Positions 10,289-23,673 of a DNA stretch of 64,000 nucleotides are shown piece after piece. The position numbers and the translations under genes were made by a program. The stretch is from Octopus sinensis (taxonomy: Eukaryota), in the NCBI RefSeq assembly GCF_006345805.1, contig NW_021836180.1:136001-200000 (forward strand), written 5' to 3'. Under the pieces are notes generated by a model that worked only from the letters and a program-made list of their open reading frames with translations, was not told the DNA's origin and searched no databases. Position 1 is the first letter of the stretch. Each line of letters begins with the position of its first letter.

Positions 10289-13200
10289 TGTGGAATGACG
10301 TCAGCAGCTGGACGTCAGCAGCCGGGTGCGTTGACCGGAAGCTAGGGCAACCGGAAGGGGTCAGCGTCAGGCGTGCGCAGGGAGCGGGGAGGGGAATTGC
10401 GCCCTTTCCAACGTGGGTCGTGGAGGTGACAAGACGTGTGAGGACGTCGCTAAGGGTTTGGGCTAGCAGCTGCTATCGTTAGTGTTCGGGTCGGGGCTGT
10501 GTGGAAGGACTAGTCACCGCTGGAGGGTCTCCGTCACTAAGAAGAGAAGGTAGGTGCCTCTATATTCAAATCGCGCACACACTACAAGCTATTTCGGCCA
10601 TTCTTAAACATTTACATTGTTTCAACACGATGTCCGCAAAAATTAGGATCGCCAGTGACGTCATCAGACCTTTTAATAGCGAAGGCGATTGTAGTGGCCT
10701 GGATTCGCAAAATCAGGCTGGTGGCAAGACTGCAGGGCATAAGCGACGTGGCGAGTCTTTATGGGCGTGTATTTAGAAGGGAGTGCGTTAACGCTATACC
10801 TAGAGATGGATGAAGAGGAACGGCTCAGCGAGAGAGAATATAGAGACGACGTTGTGTGATGCCTACACGGAATGCGAGTACACAGCTTTTGCTAAGCTAG
10901 GTGCAATCAGGTGGACGGGAGGCCAAGTGGATGACTTTGCATCAGAAGTTAGAAGGCTGGCGACTCTGGCCGGGTTTGCGGGAGAGGGACTGAGAGAGAG
11001 CAGCCCGATTGGGTTCGTGAATGGGTTTCCCCGACGATGTAGGGATTCACCTACAACGACTGCCCGGGGTTAAAAAGATGCCGTTGAGCGAACTTGTAGC
11101 TCAGGCTCGCGTGTTGACGAGACACTCTGGGCGGAAGGCGATAGCGATGGCGGTGCGGACTGGAGGCGCGTAAAGACGGACGACGTCCCGAGAGAAAGAG
11201 GTACAGAAGCTTACCGTGCAACGACAGCGGCCGTTCTCAGGACGGTGTTTTAGATGCCAGGGACCCACACATGGCGCGGGACTGTATGCAAGCGGGGCCC
11301 GTTTGCTATCGATGCAGGCAGACAGGGCACATTGCCCGTGATTGCGACCAGGGAAACGACCGCGGGGAAATTGCTGCTTCTCGAACTTTCCCCTCAAATG
11401 AGTAGAGGTGGCTATTGGAGACACTGCCATTGATTGACGTGGAGGCCGAGGGGGGGAGACGTTCAGGCCCTTGTGGATACGGGCTGTACGACCCCCTGGG
11501 TGACTTAGAGGGTGACGAAGGAATGGAACGGGGTGAGTAGTGTCCGGGCGTGCGGCGGTCGCGGCAGTGAAATCCGTTGCAGAGGCAGCAGAAGGTAGAG
11601 ATAGTGTGTGCGCGGCACGACGCTAAGGCTGCAGGCAATTGTGGCCGAACGAACATGATGAGATGTATAGAGGAGTTGACTGGGGATGGGGATGGATGCC
11701 ATCAACTGCCTCGGTGGCGTCGTGTGTGGGAAATGAGGTCATGTTCGGAAGCGTGGGGGCGTCGTGCACTGCAAGTCAGGATCGCCAGAGAGAGCAGAGC
11801 CCCGCGAGGGACTGCGCAGCTTACCACCATCGAGGACAAAGACTTTCAGGCTGCGTTCGATGGTCAGCGTGGTGGGACGATAGAGTGGCGATGGAAGGAC
11901 GGCCCCCGACGCTGGAGAACAGGGTGAGCTGTTACCAGCATACCCTGAAAGGCCACGCCAGAGTCGAGTTTGAAGACGAGGTGGAGAGGTGGATCGAGGA
12001 AGGGGTCCTTGTCCTTGGAAGGAGGAGGTAGCGGGCGGAGTGCTACTCCTGATGGCGGTGGTTGCAGCCTACGAAGGGAAAAGTCAGACCGGTGCTGGAC
12101 TTCAGGGAGCTAAACCAGCACATATCGTGTCACACGGGAGGTGAGGCGACAGACGTTCTGTGCGAGGCATTACGTAAGTGGAGACAGTCGCTGAGGCGGC
12201 GCGATTTGTCGACTTGAGATCGGCATACTTGCAGCTCCATGTGAGCGACAAACTGTGGCGATATCAGCTTGTGCGGTACAAGGGCCGGACGTTCTGTCTA
12301 ACCAGGCTGGGTTTCGGGCTGAATTCCGCTCCGAAAGATCATGGCGGCAGTGCTTAGGTCCGTCCTAGGGAAAGACGGCAAGATTAGAAAGGCCACCAGC
12401 TCCTACATTGACGACATTTTGGTGGACGAAACTGTAGTGCCAGCCGACGAGGTAGTTAGACATCTGGAGGAGTTCGGACTGATTGCTAAGCCACCGGAGT
12501 CGATTGAAGGGGGAGCCGCGCTGGGGCTGAAGCTGCGAAGAGTTGGATCAGGTGAATTGGTGTTCTGGAGAGGAAATGAATCCCAGAGCTGAGTTCCAGC
12601 GTCAGCAGGAGAGAGCTGTTCTCGGTGTGTGGGAAGTTGGTCGGTCACTACCCGATCGCTGGATGGCTGCGCACGTGCGTGTAGTTACACCAAAGACGAG
12701 CAGAAAGGAGAGAGGTGGGCGGGCGCCAAGGTGGGAGAAGGGACGCGGTGGCGATGATGCAGGAATCCTAGAGAGGACAAGAGCGGAAGACCCGGTCGGG
12801 GGGGGGGGAACTGGTACGTGCAAGACGAAATGCGGGACTGTCTGGTGTGATGCTAGCAGTATAGCGATAGGGGTGGTATTGGCAATCGAAGGCACTGCGT
12901 GGTGGAGGACGCGGCCTGGCTTTGGAAAGCAGATGATTTCAACCACATCAATGTCGCCGAATTAGACGCGGCTGCTGAAAGGGGTGAACTTGGCCTTGAA
13001 ATGGGGGCTGCGCACAATTGAATCCGGACGGATTCGGCACTGTGCTTGGCTGGGTAGGATCGGTGATCACCGGTGACAGGAGAGTGCGACGAAAGGTGCT
13101 GTGGAGATGTTAGTGAAGCGCCGTCTAGGAGTTCTAGGTGAATTGATCGCCGAGTTCGGACTGAAGCTGAACGTGGTTTTCGAGCCTTCGGAGAAAAACG

Positions 13201-14578
13201 AGAGAAGGGACAGGGCGGAAGTACTGACCAGGGTGAAAAGAGCGTGGTTGGAAGAACTGGAGGAGGCCGGAAAGGGATAGCTGTGGCGTGTTGGTTGGAT
13301 GACTCTGAACTGAAGAAACTGCATGATATGCATCACCTGGGTGTGGACAGGACCCTGTATCTGGCAAAAAAAATTGATGCTGACGTCACTAGGAGAAGCG
13401 TCCGGAAGGTGGTCGGGGCTGAGCTTGTGAGGTGTCAGTCCATCAACCCTGCTCCGTGTGGGCATGACAGGGAAGCCTTTCCGTGGAGCAGGACTGGAAA
13501 AAGCTAGCTGTGGATGTGACACACTACCGTCAGCAAATGTACCTCTCCATGATCGACTGCGGGGCCGGGCCGGCTGGCCATTTTGGAGGAGTTGAGATCG
13601 GGCATTGCTGACGAGATTGCGCAGATCCTGAACAGGATATTTTTAGAGAGAGGTCCCGTGGAAGAACTACTGATGGACAAGGGCAGCGTTTCGTTCGGAA
13701 GCATTGAGGGTTTATGCTTGATCGGTGGAATGTGCGACGCTTGTTCAGAGCAGCGTATAGGCTGAGCGGTAACGGGATCGTGGAGAGGCACCATGGCACA
13801 TACGGACAGTCAAGGCCATAGCGGAAAGAGGGTACATTTCGCCACTTGAAGCAGTTTTTTTGGTACAACTTGTCTCCCCGATCTGGACAAGCTGAGGAAT
13901 CTGTGCTGCAGAGAGCTGTGTTTCAAATATGAATGGAGGGCACCCGAGCAAAGTGCCGGAGGGTCACGAGAGAAGAGAAGGGACCCGTTGCGTGTGAAAA
14001 TAGGGGGAGGAAGTCTGGGTCAAGCCACCAAAGGCGCGCTGTACGTCTCAATGGAGCAGAGGAACGGTGACGGCGATCAATTCCAGAAGCAACGTATCCG
14101 TAGATGGAACACCACGACACGTCTTGGACCTTCGCAAGATTGTTGCTTCAACGGACGATGATTCTGGAGGGGGGAGAGAACGAGGAGGCCCAGCTTCAGA
14201 AGATCTCGACGAGCAAGCGCTCTCCCGGTTGGATGGTGGACTACAACATGGAGCGGAGAGATTGTGATCTTTAAGATCGGTGGGGTGTGGGTGGCGTGTG
14301 GGATGACGTCAGCAGCCGGGTGCGTTGACCGGAAGCTAGGGCAACCGGAAGGGGCCAGCGTCAGGCGGCGTGGTGCGCAGGAGCGGGGAATTGCGCCCTT
14401 TCAACGTGGGTCGTGGAGGTGACAAGAATGTGTGAGGACGTCGCTAAGGGTTTGGGCTAGCAGCTGCTATCGTTTAGTGTTCGGGTCGGGGCTGTGTGGA
14501 AGGACTAGTCACCGTGGAGGGGTCTCCGTCACTAAGAAGAGAAGGTAGGTGCCTCTATATCAAATCGCACACACTACA
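10289..14578 (+). mobile_element. Same Ty3/Gypsy element, copy 1, riddled with indels
   Basis: LTRs at 10289-10586 and 14297-14578; CCCAG TSD at 10284-10288 and 14579-14583; identical flanks to copy 2. Confidence 0.92.
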
Positions 14579-15831
14579 CCCAGTATGGCCACATCTCTAA
14601 TGACTGAAGCAATGTATATATATATATAAATATGAGGTAACAAACAAAGGAAAAAATTCCTTCAAAGGTATGTGTAAAACATCCAATTCACTTGTATGTT
14701 GTTGAATACCACATAAATATGGTATAATGTAAATTACGTATAATAAATTAAATAGAGAGTTACAAATGACAATCAAATAATTATTTATATCATAATATAA
14801 CATAATATACTATGAATATAATATAAGAAACAATCATTTAAAAAAACAAAATAGCAAACATTTGTTTCGACTTATATACATTTTTTAATATATAAACAAT
14901 TTCAATTCCCTTATATATAAGCCTCATCAGGGGCAAGGTGCTGTGAATTGTAGAAAGAACTTCTTCATTTGTGTTGTGTCATGTCTTCAATATTTTGAAG
15001 AATTGTATTATTGAAGTGAAATATTTCAGTCCCGCATCACTGCGTCTTGTTCATCTCATTTCGCTAGTCGCTCTCTTTTATTCAACTTGCTCTTACGACC
15101 ATACTCGCTTCATGGAGTATGGTTGAAAGGCAAAGTCGACCTCGGCGGAATTTGAACCCAGAACGTAACAGCAGATGAAATATGGCTACGCATTTCGCCC
15201 AGTGTGCTAACAACTCTGCCAGCTTGCCGCCTTTGCTAAGTTACAGGAATGTAAACACAGCAACACCAGTTAGCAAGCAATTGTTGGGCTACAAACACAA
15301 AACATGCACACACATACACATATACACGACAGTCTTCTTTCAGTTTCCGAGTACGAAATCCACTTACAAGGTTTTGGTTGACCTGAGGCTATAATAAGCA
15401 TATATATATTATATATATAGTAGCTGACATACCCCGTAATTTCCAGGAAAGCGGGCTCATCCCTTAGTTCTGTTCTCATAATTGTTTTGCTAATTCAGTA
15501 ACAACAATACAAAGTATGTAGCCCTTAAAGTATGTAGCCTTGAGAATACCGAACTGTCTTACAAAGGATCTTGTTTTTTGGAATTCCCAATAAGTTATGA
15601 ATACTCAAATTGTGAAGTCAGTTATGTAATAACATGAAATTTATTACCCTATAGTAAGAATTCAAATAATGTAGCCCCAAAAAGGGCTTTAATATGTTCC
15701 CAGAGTATATAGATTTTAGGAGGAAATACTAAATGCTTTTGTGCGTTCCCAGAGAATATTCCCCTCAGCAGCGCTAGTGTTGCTATATTTGTGAATAAGT
15801 CACTAACCGAAATAAGTGGATCTATTGTTTA

Positions 15832-15948
15832 GGAGAATACTATTTACTTGTTTAAGCGTTGTCTTGGATAAATTGAGAAAATAACTAAAGGAGAATACTA
15901 TTTACTTGTTTAAGCGTTGTCTTGGATAATTGAGAAAATAACTAAAAC
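15832..15948. repeat. ~58-bp direct tandem duplication
   Basis: gagaatactatttacttgtttaagcgttgtcttggata(a)attgagaaaataactaaa twice. Confidence 0.85.
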
Positions 15949-17405
15949 ACTCAAATACTAAGAAATAAGCATAATGAAAATGAATGGGTTATTCCCCCTT
16001 GATGGTTATTCCAGGAGGGAATGGGTTATTTCCCTTGGAAGCTTAAAATAATTACTCACACCGTTCACTCATGCCCAAAGTTATTCCTCTTGCTGTTTAC
16101 CCGAACATTTTTTCGAAATCAATTAATACTTAAAACCTCCCCAGATACATAAGGAATGTACGTTGAAGTTTAAGAAAATTGGTCAAGCCATTTTGATGCA
16201 AAAACGAGACATACCGATACACACACACACGCACAACCACTTTCAGTTTTAATATATAAGATTTACTGGCTTCTTTCAGTTTCTGTCTACCAAATCCACT
16301 CACAAGGTTTTAGTTGTCCCAAGGCTGTAATAGAAGACACTCGCCCATGATGCCACGCAGTGAGACTGAACCTGGAACCATGTGGTTGGGAAGCAGGCTT
16401 CTTACCACAAAGCCATGCTGTGCCTTACATATATACGTGTGGATATATGCACACATATATACAAAAAAGATGTATGCATATGAAATATAATGGGTGTATG
16501 TGTGTTTGTGTGACCAACTAGAAGTACATAGAACTGAATACGGCATGCAAAAAGTAAATAAAAAAAATTTTCTACGTAAATTAATGAACAATCAAATTTT
16601 GACAGTTCTGAGGGATATACCGAAAGAATGTCCGTTTAACTTTTATATTTTTCTTTGTTTCAGTTATTAAGACTGTGGCCATGCTGGGACATCGTCTTGA
16701 AGAATGTTTTTACTTGTATGAATTGATCCCAGAACTATTTTCTTTTTTCTTTATGTCTGGAACTTATTCATTAGTTTCTTTAGCCAAACCGCTAAGTTAC
16801 AGAGATGAAAACACCAACACTGGTTGTCAAATGGTGGCGGGGGGGGGGGCAAACACTGACACACACACACCTGACAGGCTTCTTCTAGTTTCCATCTACC
16901 AAATCCACTCACAGGGCTTTGGTCGGTCCAAGGCTCTCGTAGATAATGCATACCCAAGGTGCCATGCAGTGGGACTGAACCCGAAACTATGTGGTTGGGA
17001 AGCAAGCTTCCTACCACACAGTCCTCTTACAATGAATAGATGTTTAGCAGACTCTCTCTCTCTCTGTTATATATACATGAGTACGGACGTAGTAGATAAC
17101 AGCTAGCCTTTGGCCACTGTTTTGCACCCTGTTGTATTGGTTGGTATTGGCGCACTTTTGTCTCTTGCTCTGTTACACACCAATGTGCAACCCAACCAAT
17201 CGAAGCCTTCTATCAACCGTGTAGTGTACTAAAGGGGCCTTTCTCATCACCTCTCCTTCGCATGGTCGTTTACAGATAATACACCTGACATCCTGTCTGA
17301 CAGGTACGGGACTTAAATAGGAAGATCGCCTCGGTTTTATTTAAGTTCTATCTTTATGCCATCTTTATTACCTCTGGCATTTTAAAAGCTTTATATAATA
17401 CAAAG

Positions 17406-17439
<34 letters not shown>

Positions 17440-18351
17440 GTATGTGAATTCGGAACGTCTGTGTGAGAGAGTGTGCATGTGAGAGGAAGAGAGTAAAAGT
17501 GAGAGGAAATGTGTGAGGCAGAGAGAAAGGGGGAGAATGTGTATGTGAAGGCGCGGAAGAGACAGATTGAATGCGTTCATGTATGAAAGAGAAAGAGAAG
17601 TATTTCAGTGAAAACGAAGCAGCTCCTTAGAAGTTGCTCAATTTGCACGAAATAGCAGCCAATTCTTTTGAAATCTCATCCTACCGTCTTAAATAAAGAA
17701 ATACACCCAGGACTATGTTATCCTGTATATATGAAAAGGCGCACGCATGGAGCAGGTTTGATCATAGGTGTCGCTCGATCAGTGTTGTCATGGAGTTACG
17801 ATAACACGTAACTCTTAGTGATGAGAGAATATAAACAGATGAAAAGCAACTGAGAAATTATAGACACAAATCAATTAGATAAGAAAAACATTGATTTGGT
17901 CACTCGACAACAGTTATCGCAGTTCAATAAAAACACATTTTAACAACTTCCTATAGCAAAGAAAATGTAATTTCACTGACCCGAAAGAGTTAAATATGTA
18001 AGGAAAGAAAAAAAAATGGATAAAGAAAAGTTGAAAATCAATTAAAAAATGAAAATGGATTAATTCGGGGGGGAACCGTTGAATAAAACAAAACGATTTA
18101 TCATAGTCGAAGTAGATATCTAACAATTTTTTATGTATTTATCGAAGTTAAAGTAGATATCTAACAACTTCTTGAGGCAAAAGAGGCGTGGCTGTGTGGT
18201 AAAAAGCTTGCTTTCCAATCACATTGTCACGGATTCGGTTCAACTGCGTAGCACCTTGGACAGGTGTTTTGCACTGTAGCCTTCGACCAACCAAAGCCTT
18301 CTGAGTTTTTTTTTTAGAATGGAGGATATGAGGAGTGGGTACTATTTAAAA

Positions 18352-18565
18352 AGAGTGGTCCCGGTGCGCGCACTCGTGTACTCGCGCAACAGCGCTAGCT
18401 AGTCGTGACTAGTCGATCCTAAAACGACTACCTAGCAAAGTAAATAAACACAAAATAACTTTTTTTTTTTACACAAAGTAAATAAAACACAAAAACACAC
18501 AGTAAGGATCGACCAGTCACGACTAGCTGGCGCGGATGCGCGAGTACGCGCACCGGGATCACTCT
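18352..18565. mobile_element. MITE-like element with ~60-70 bp CpG-rich terminal inverted repeats
   Basis: 18352-18420 agagtggtcccggtgcgcg...gtcgatcct is the inverse of 18505-18565. Only the left arm survives in unit 2 (49407-49475). Confidence 0.75.
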
Positions 18566-20338
18566 CTGTATATAGTATCTTAGGAGTGTTCGCCAGGATG
18601 ATTTAAACTAATAGGTATGTAACCCAAATTCCTGACAGTAACATATAAATATATATGTGAAGCGAGTGTCCTACTCATCTCTTTCCAAAAGCATAAAAGT
18701 CCGTACGTTTTACGCATGCGTAGATTTCACCTGAAACAGCAGACGACAAAATATGAAGCCCTCACCAGAAAACTCGATATGCTAGAAATAACAGCTAAAC
18801 GTCCGAAAATATCTTTTCCTCAGCTTAACGCCCTTTTTTCTTTCTTTTTTTCTTTTCTCTAAATCTTAACTCTCCGTATCTATTTGAATCTTGTTGCCAT
18901 GCTACAATTATCTTCGTGTTGTGTTTATAAAGAAATAGTAATAATTCGTACCGAAAATTTTGTTAAATATGCGTATTTGTATCAAGTTGAACTGCAACGA
19001 ACCTGTGTGTGCTGCTACAGCCAATGCCACCATATTTCAAGCAGGGGTATTAGAAAAGTTTTCCATTACAATTTGTGATTAAATTAATAAGTAAGATTAA
19101 TATTTATAATGAATTTGCCATTTTCGATGGGTGTGCACCGCACACCAAGCACATCCAGAATATACGCCCAGCGTGTGTGTGTGTTTCCTAAGAAAATTTG
19201 AAATGAAAAATTCTTTTTGGATCTTTTCTTTTAGATGGACGGAATTTTCTAGTTAACTAAAAAAATTTGAAACTTCGTATACTGGTAGAATGTGTCAAAA
19301 CAAAACATTATTGGATCCTTTTTTTTTTTTCCATATTCATAAACACCGTATGTTTCCAGGAGGATTAAACAGAAAAAAAAAAAATTTTTTAAAAGTGAAA
19401 AATTTTAAAATTGGGGGGGGGGGGATTAAAATTTTGAAAACGTATTTTTATTTAAGCAAAGTCGCTCGTAATCTCCGATTTCGAAAACGTAGGAATCCAA
19501 AGAAAGTTATGAAAAAAAAAAAAAAAAAAAACAGAAGGGGTGCTTGCACTTTACCCCCACCAAGAACCGATAGAATATGTGCTAGGTTTTAAAAATATGT
19601 CCTGGGGTCGATTTGTTCGACTAAAACACATCAAGGCGGTGCTCCAGCATGACCGCAGTCAAATGCCTGAAACAAGTAAAAGATAAAAGGTACCCATCAC
19701 ACAAGTGCGTCTCCCACCCGACATCGACGGAAGCTGTATAGTGACCAAAATTACTTTGTCGATTCATTCGACTAAGATTCCTTAAGGCGGTGCCCCAGCA
19801 TGACCACAATCAAATCACTGGAACAAATAAATGATAAAAGAAAGGTAACAACTGGCCCCATGGCAAAATAACGGGTTAACATGCAGTTTACAGATGAAAA
19901 AAGAAAATAGTGTCAATATAAAAGTGAAAGCGAATTGCAATGAAAATTAGAGGCGTCAATATCGCCATCCTATAATTTCAAGTGGAAAATATATCTTCAT
20001 AGACAAGGGCGGAAAATAAGTCCGAATTAAAAAATTAAAAAGCATTTCCCAAATAATGAATATAAATCATTTATAGAGAAAATAAATATTGATTATGTCA
20101 CTTGTCAATGATGATCGAAGTCCAATATAGATGTTTTAGCAACTTTTTACAGAAAAGTAAAAGCAATATCACCAACTTCGAGGAAATAGATTTCAAAAAG
20201 GGGTAAAAATACGTTTAAAAGCAATAGAAAAACTAATGAGCACAAACCAATTATAAGAAAAGACCGTTGTTTAGATTAAGTCATTTGTCAATTATCACGG
20301 TCCATGAAGAAGCTTTAAAATTATCGCAGTAAGTTGTT

Positions 20339-20515
20339 ACTTACCTGTTGAGAGAAATAAAAGGTGAAATATGTCTCGTTGATAAGTTTAAAGTTTATAA
20401 TTCAAGAGGATAAAATAAACAACGAGTATATATCCGGGTTTCTTTTCTGCCAAAAGAAATTGTACGAAACGGAACTGCGTATATATGAAGTGGAAAGTAA
20501 TCTTACAGATTGGTT
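20339..20515 (-). promoter_or_regulatory. Candidate promoter and non-coding first exon ending in a consensus donor CAG|GTAAGT at 20345/20344 (copy at 51591/51590)
   Basis: Perfect donor consensus; TATATA-like at 20427-20433, CCAAT (plus-strand ATTGG) at 20509-20513, locally elevated CpG; conserved in both units. Function is inferred. Confidence 0.35.
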
Positions 20516-20918
20516 GAATATCTTAATAGCTTAGAAGTTCTGTTCTCCACGTAAAATGCATCAACAGAAAAGTACGAGCAACCCGGTTAAGCGAGAAACG
20601 TAAATTCATTAATAAAACAAATTTTAACTATAATACCAAAGCAGATGATGAACCAGATTATATAATGGTGCGCCACCAACACAAATTAGACGGAGAAGGG
20701 GAGGACGAAGAGAGAGAGAGAGAAAGAGAGAGGAGGCGTGGGAGAGGCCAGCAACGCCCATCAATGCATTTATATTGACAATTACGAAAACCTCTTTCTA
20801 CAACCACTTGGGACCTCTTGGTGTTCAATTGATATTTTTCTTACTTTTTATTTCCTTTTTTCTCCTCTTCGCTCCTGTTTGTGTTCGGTTTGGATTTGTA
20901 TTTTAATGTTGTTTTATG

Positions 20919-20920
<2 letters not shown>

Positions 20921-20967
<47 letters not shown>
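20921..20967 (+). repeat. (TA)n microsatellite (others at ~41968, 43172, 43450, 49658, 52172)
   Basis: Read directly. Confidence 0.95.
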
Positions 20968-20970
<3 letters not shown>

Positions 20971-22971
20971 CTTTATATAAATAAATAACGTGAAATACAC
21001 GAAGAGACGAACAAAAAGACAAACAAGTCATTCAAGCCTTTATTCTTCAGTCAGAAACTGATCCCTCATCGCAGATTTCGGCTGTTTAATTCTGAGATCC
21101 GCTCTGAATCAGCCAGCCACAGAAGGAAAGAATGAAACGCAACAGAGACGAACAGGAAACAAAAAATCTTTTTTGGGGACAGTAACGATTGAAAACATGA
21201 ATGACACAGGCACCCTACGGCTTTGAGACAAACAGAGAGACACAAAAATAATAATAATATGTATATATATATATATATTCCTCTTTATATATATAGTGAT
21301 ATACTACAATAAACATATTTCGATTGGAAAAACAACAAAAAATGAGGAATGTAAAAACTAATTGCGAAACGAAATAGTTTCATTTGGTGTAAACGGATGC
21401 AATATGTATCCTTGTGTAAATAATATTATCATAGTTAAACCAAGCTGTGAATAAGCCAAAGATTTGGTGTTGGTGTTGATAGCTAATCGTATATCTCTTG
21501 TGTGCCATGTTTGTCATTGTAGATTCTGTGATCAAATCCTGGAGGGGGTTTCCTCAATGCAAGGGGTCTATCCTGCATACATTGTAACGTATAGTCTGTT
21601 ATTCAATTACTTGTTTTAATTATTGGACATCTGCCATGTTGGGGCACTGTTTTCAGAGGTTTAGTTATCTTTTCGCTTTGACCGGCAGATTTTAAAAATA
21701 ATTTCTTTGTAACTAAACACTTTTAAACTTCGTATACCGGTAGAATGTGTTTATAAAACATCTTTTTCTCTTGGCTTTCTTGAGAGAATTATGTAGTTTG
21801 TAAGCTATTTGTTGTTTAATTTCTTGCATTTCGGCAATTTCAACCAATCAATGACGTCTATTGAGGTGAATTTTTTTTTAACCTTGAAATACTGTAAATG
21901 TGTGTGTTTCTTTTGATGAAAGGGTGTTTTAAGAGAGATTTGCTATATTTGTAGTAGCTCAAGTTACCAGACACACACACACGTGTGTGTGTGTGTGTGT
22001 GTGTGCATGTGTGTTTTGTTGTGGGGAAAAAAATACTTTCTCTCGGAATATTTTGCACGATAATTTTTAAAGAAATCTGGTCATCTTTCTTACTGCCAAC
22101 CATCCCACTTCAGATTACAATTGTTAATTGTTGGAAGTCAAGTAGACTGAGATGCACATATACTGTTACCGTATAGAGTGGAAGTTCAATACGAAGTCTT
22201 GAACTCATTATCCTGTGGTTAGTAACCCATTACCTTAAAGTTGAAACCATTAAGTCTTTAAACATTATTTTGTTTGGTTTTCTTTCGACTGTTGCCATGA
22301 TGATGTATCGCCTTCAAAAATTTAATTGATCATACTGACCTCAATACGTATTTCAATCTGGCATTTATTTTATAGATCTCTGCTTGATGAACTTCTAACT
22401 TGGAGACATAGTGGGACGAATGACTGTGTAGTTGAGAAGTTTGCTTCCCAACCATATGGTTCCATGTTCAGTCGCTTTGCATAGTAGCTTGGGCAAGTGT
22501 TTTCTACTATAGCCCCTAGATCAACCACAGATATCTGACTGAATTTGGTAAACGGAAACTGCAGGGTTGTTAATCACAAAATGACCGAAAAGCATGTTCA
22601 TAAGGTAGAGTTGTTTGCTTCATGTTCCACGTGTGCTAATTCTGCCCGTAAGAAAGAAACAATGTGACTGTAGGTCATTACACCTGGGCAACTATACACC
22701 TAAAACCACACTAATAGCTTAGGAGTGAAATTTAGGATTTCACAGTTTTCTGTGAATTGATTTTGATAAAACTTTTCCCAGCTGGTTTGCACACTATAGC
22801 AACACTATTGTTTTGTTTTCATTATTTTGCGTAACGTCCTTTCATTTTTTTTTATTTCAGATTCTTCAGTTTTTGGGTGTACCACACTAATAACTTTTAA
22901 ATGAAAATAGTCTATCTAGACATTTTTCCAGAAAGTGAAGGGGGATCTTTACCTTTTGACTGACAGATTTT

Positions 22972-23673
22972 AAAAATAATTTTTTGTAACTAAACACTTT
23001 CAAACTTCGTATACTGGTAGAATGTGTCACATAAAACATCTTTTAATCTTGGCGTTTTTGAGAAAATTCTGTATTTTGGAAGTTATTTCTTGTTAAAGTT
23101 GTCGTATTTTGGTAATTTCAACCAATCAATGACGTGTATTCAGCTGAATAAAATTACTGCTGTTGTTTGTTAACTACAACTATTGGCGTGTTTGTCACTG
23201 TTATTTTTGACATTGTTCATGCATTTGTACTGGTTTTAGCTTTAAGGTGTTAGGGTTAGGATTTTAGGGTTAAGGTTTTAGGGTTAGGGTTTTAGAGTTA
23301 GGTTTAAGGTTTTAGGGTTAGGGTTGGGGTTTTAGGGTTAGGGTTACGGAAAAAAATGAAAAATGAAGCACGAACAATTATGGTGGTGCTATAAAGTAAA
23401 CATGCTTCAGATACACTCGTTTATTCATACAAACGTAACTGAGATTAAATATGTCATAAATAAAACGACAAACGAAATATACACTGCCGGAAGTTGTTGA
23501 TAAGAAACAACAGCATTAATTTTATTCATCTGAATACACGTCATTGATTGGTTGAAATTACCGAAATATGACAACTTTAACAAGAAATAACTTCCAAAAT
23601 TTGAGAATTTTCTGTGACACATTCTTACCAGTATACGAAGTTTGAAAGTGTTTAGTTACAAAAAATTATTTTT
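22972..23673. mobile_element. Fold-back element: ~170-200 bp inverted arms around a degenerate (TTAGGG)n core
   Basis: Arms 22972-23169 and 23505-23673 are reverse complements; solo arm copies at ~21686-21860 and ~19260-19300. Confidence 0.7.
23235..23346 (+). repeat. Interstitial telomere-like TTAGGG/TTTTAGGG tract (copy 54497-54594)
   Basis: ttagggttagg...ttttagggttagggtt repeats read directly. Confidence 0.85.

Noticed and set aside
23235-23346. Possible chromosome end or fusion site
   Set aside because: Short, degenerate, embedded in a fold-back repeat and duplicated with the unit.
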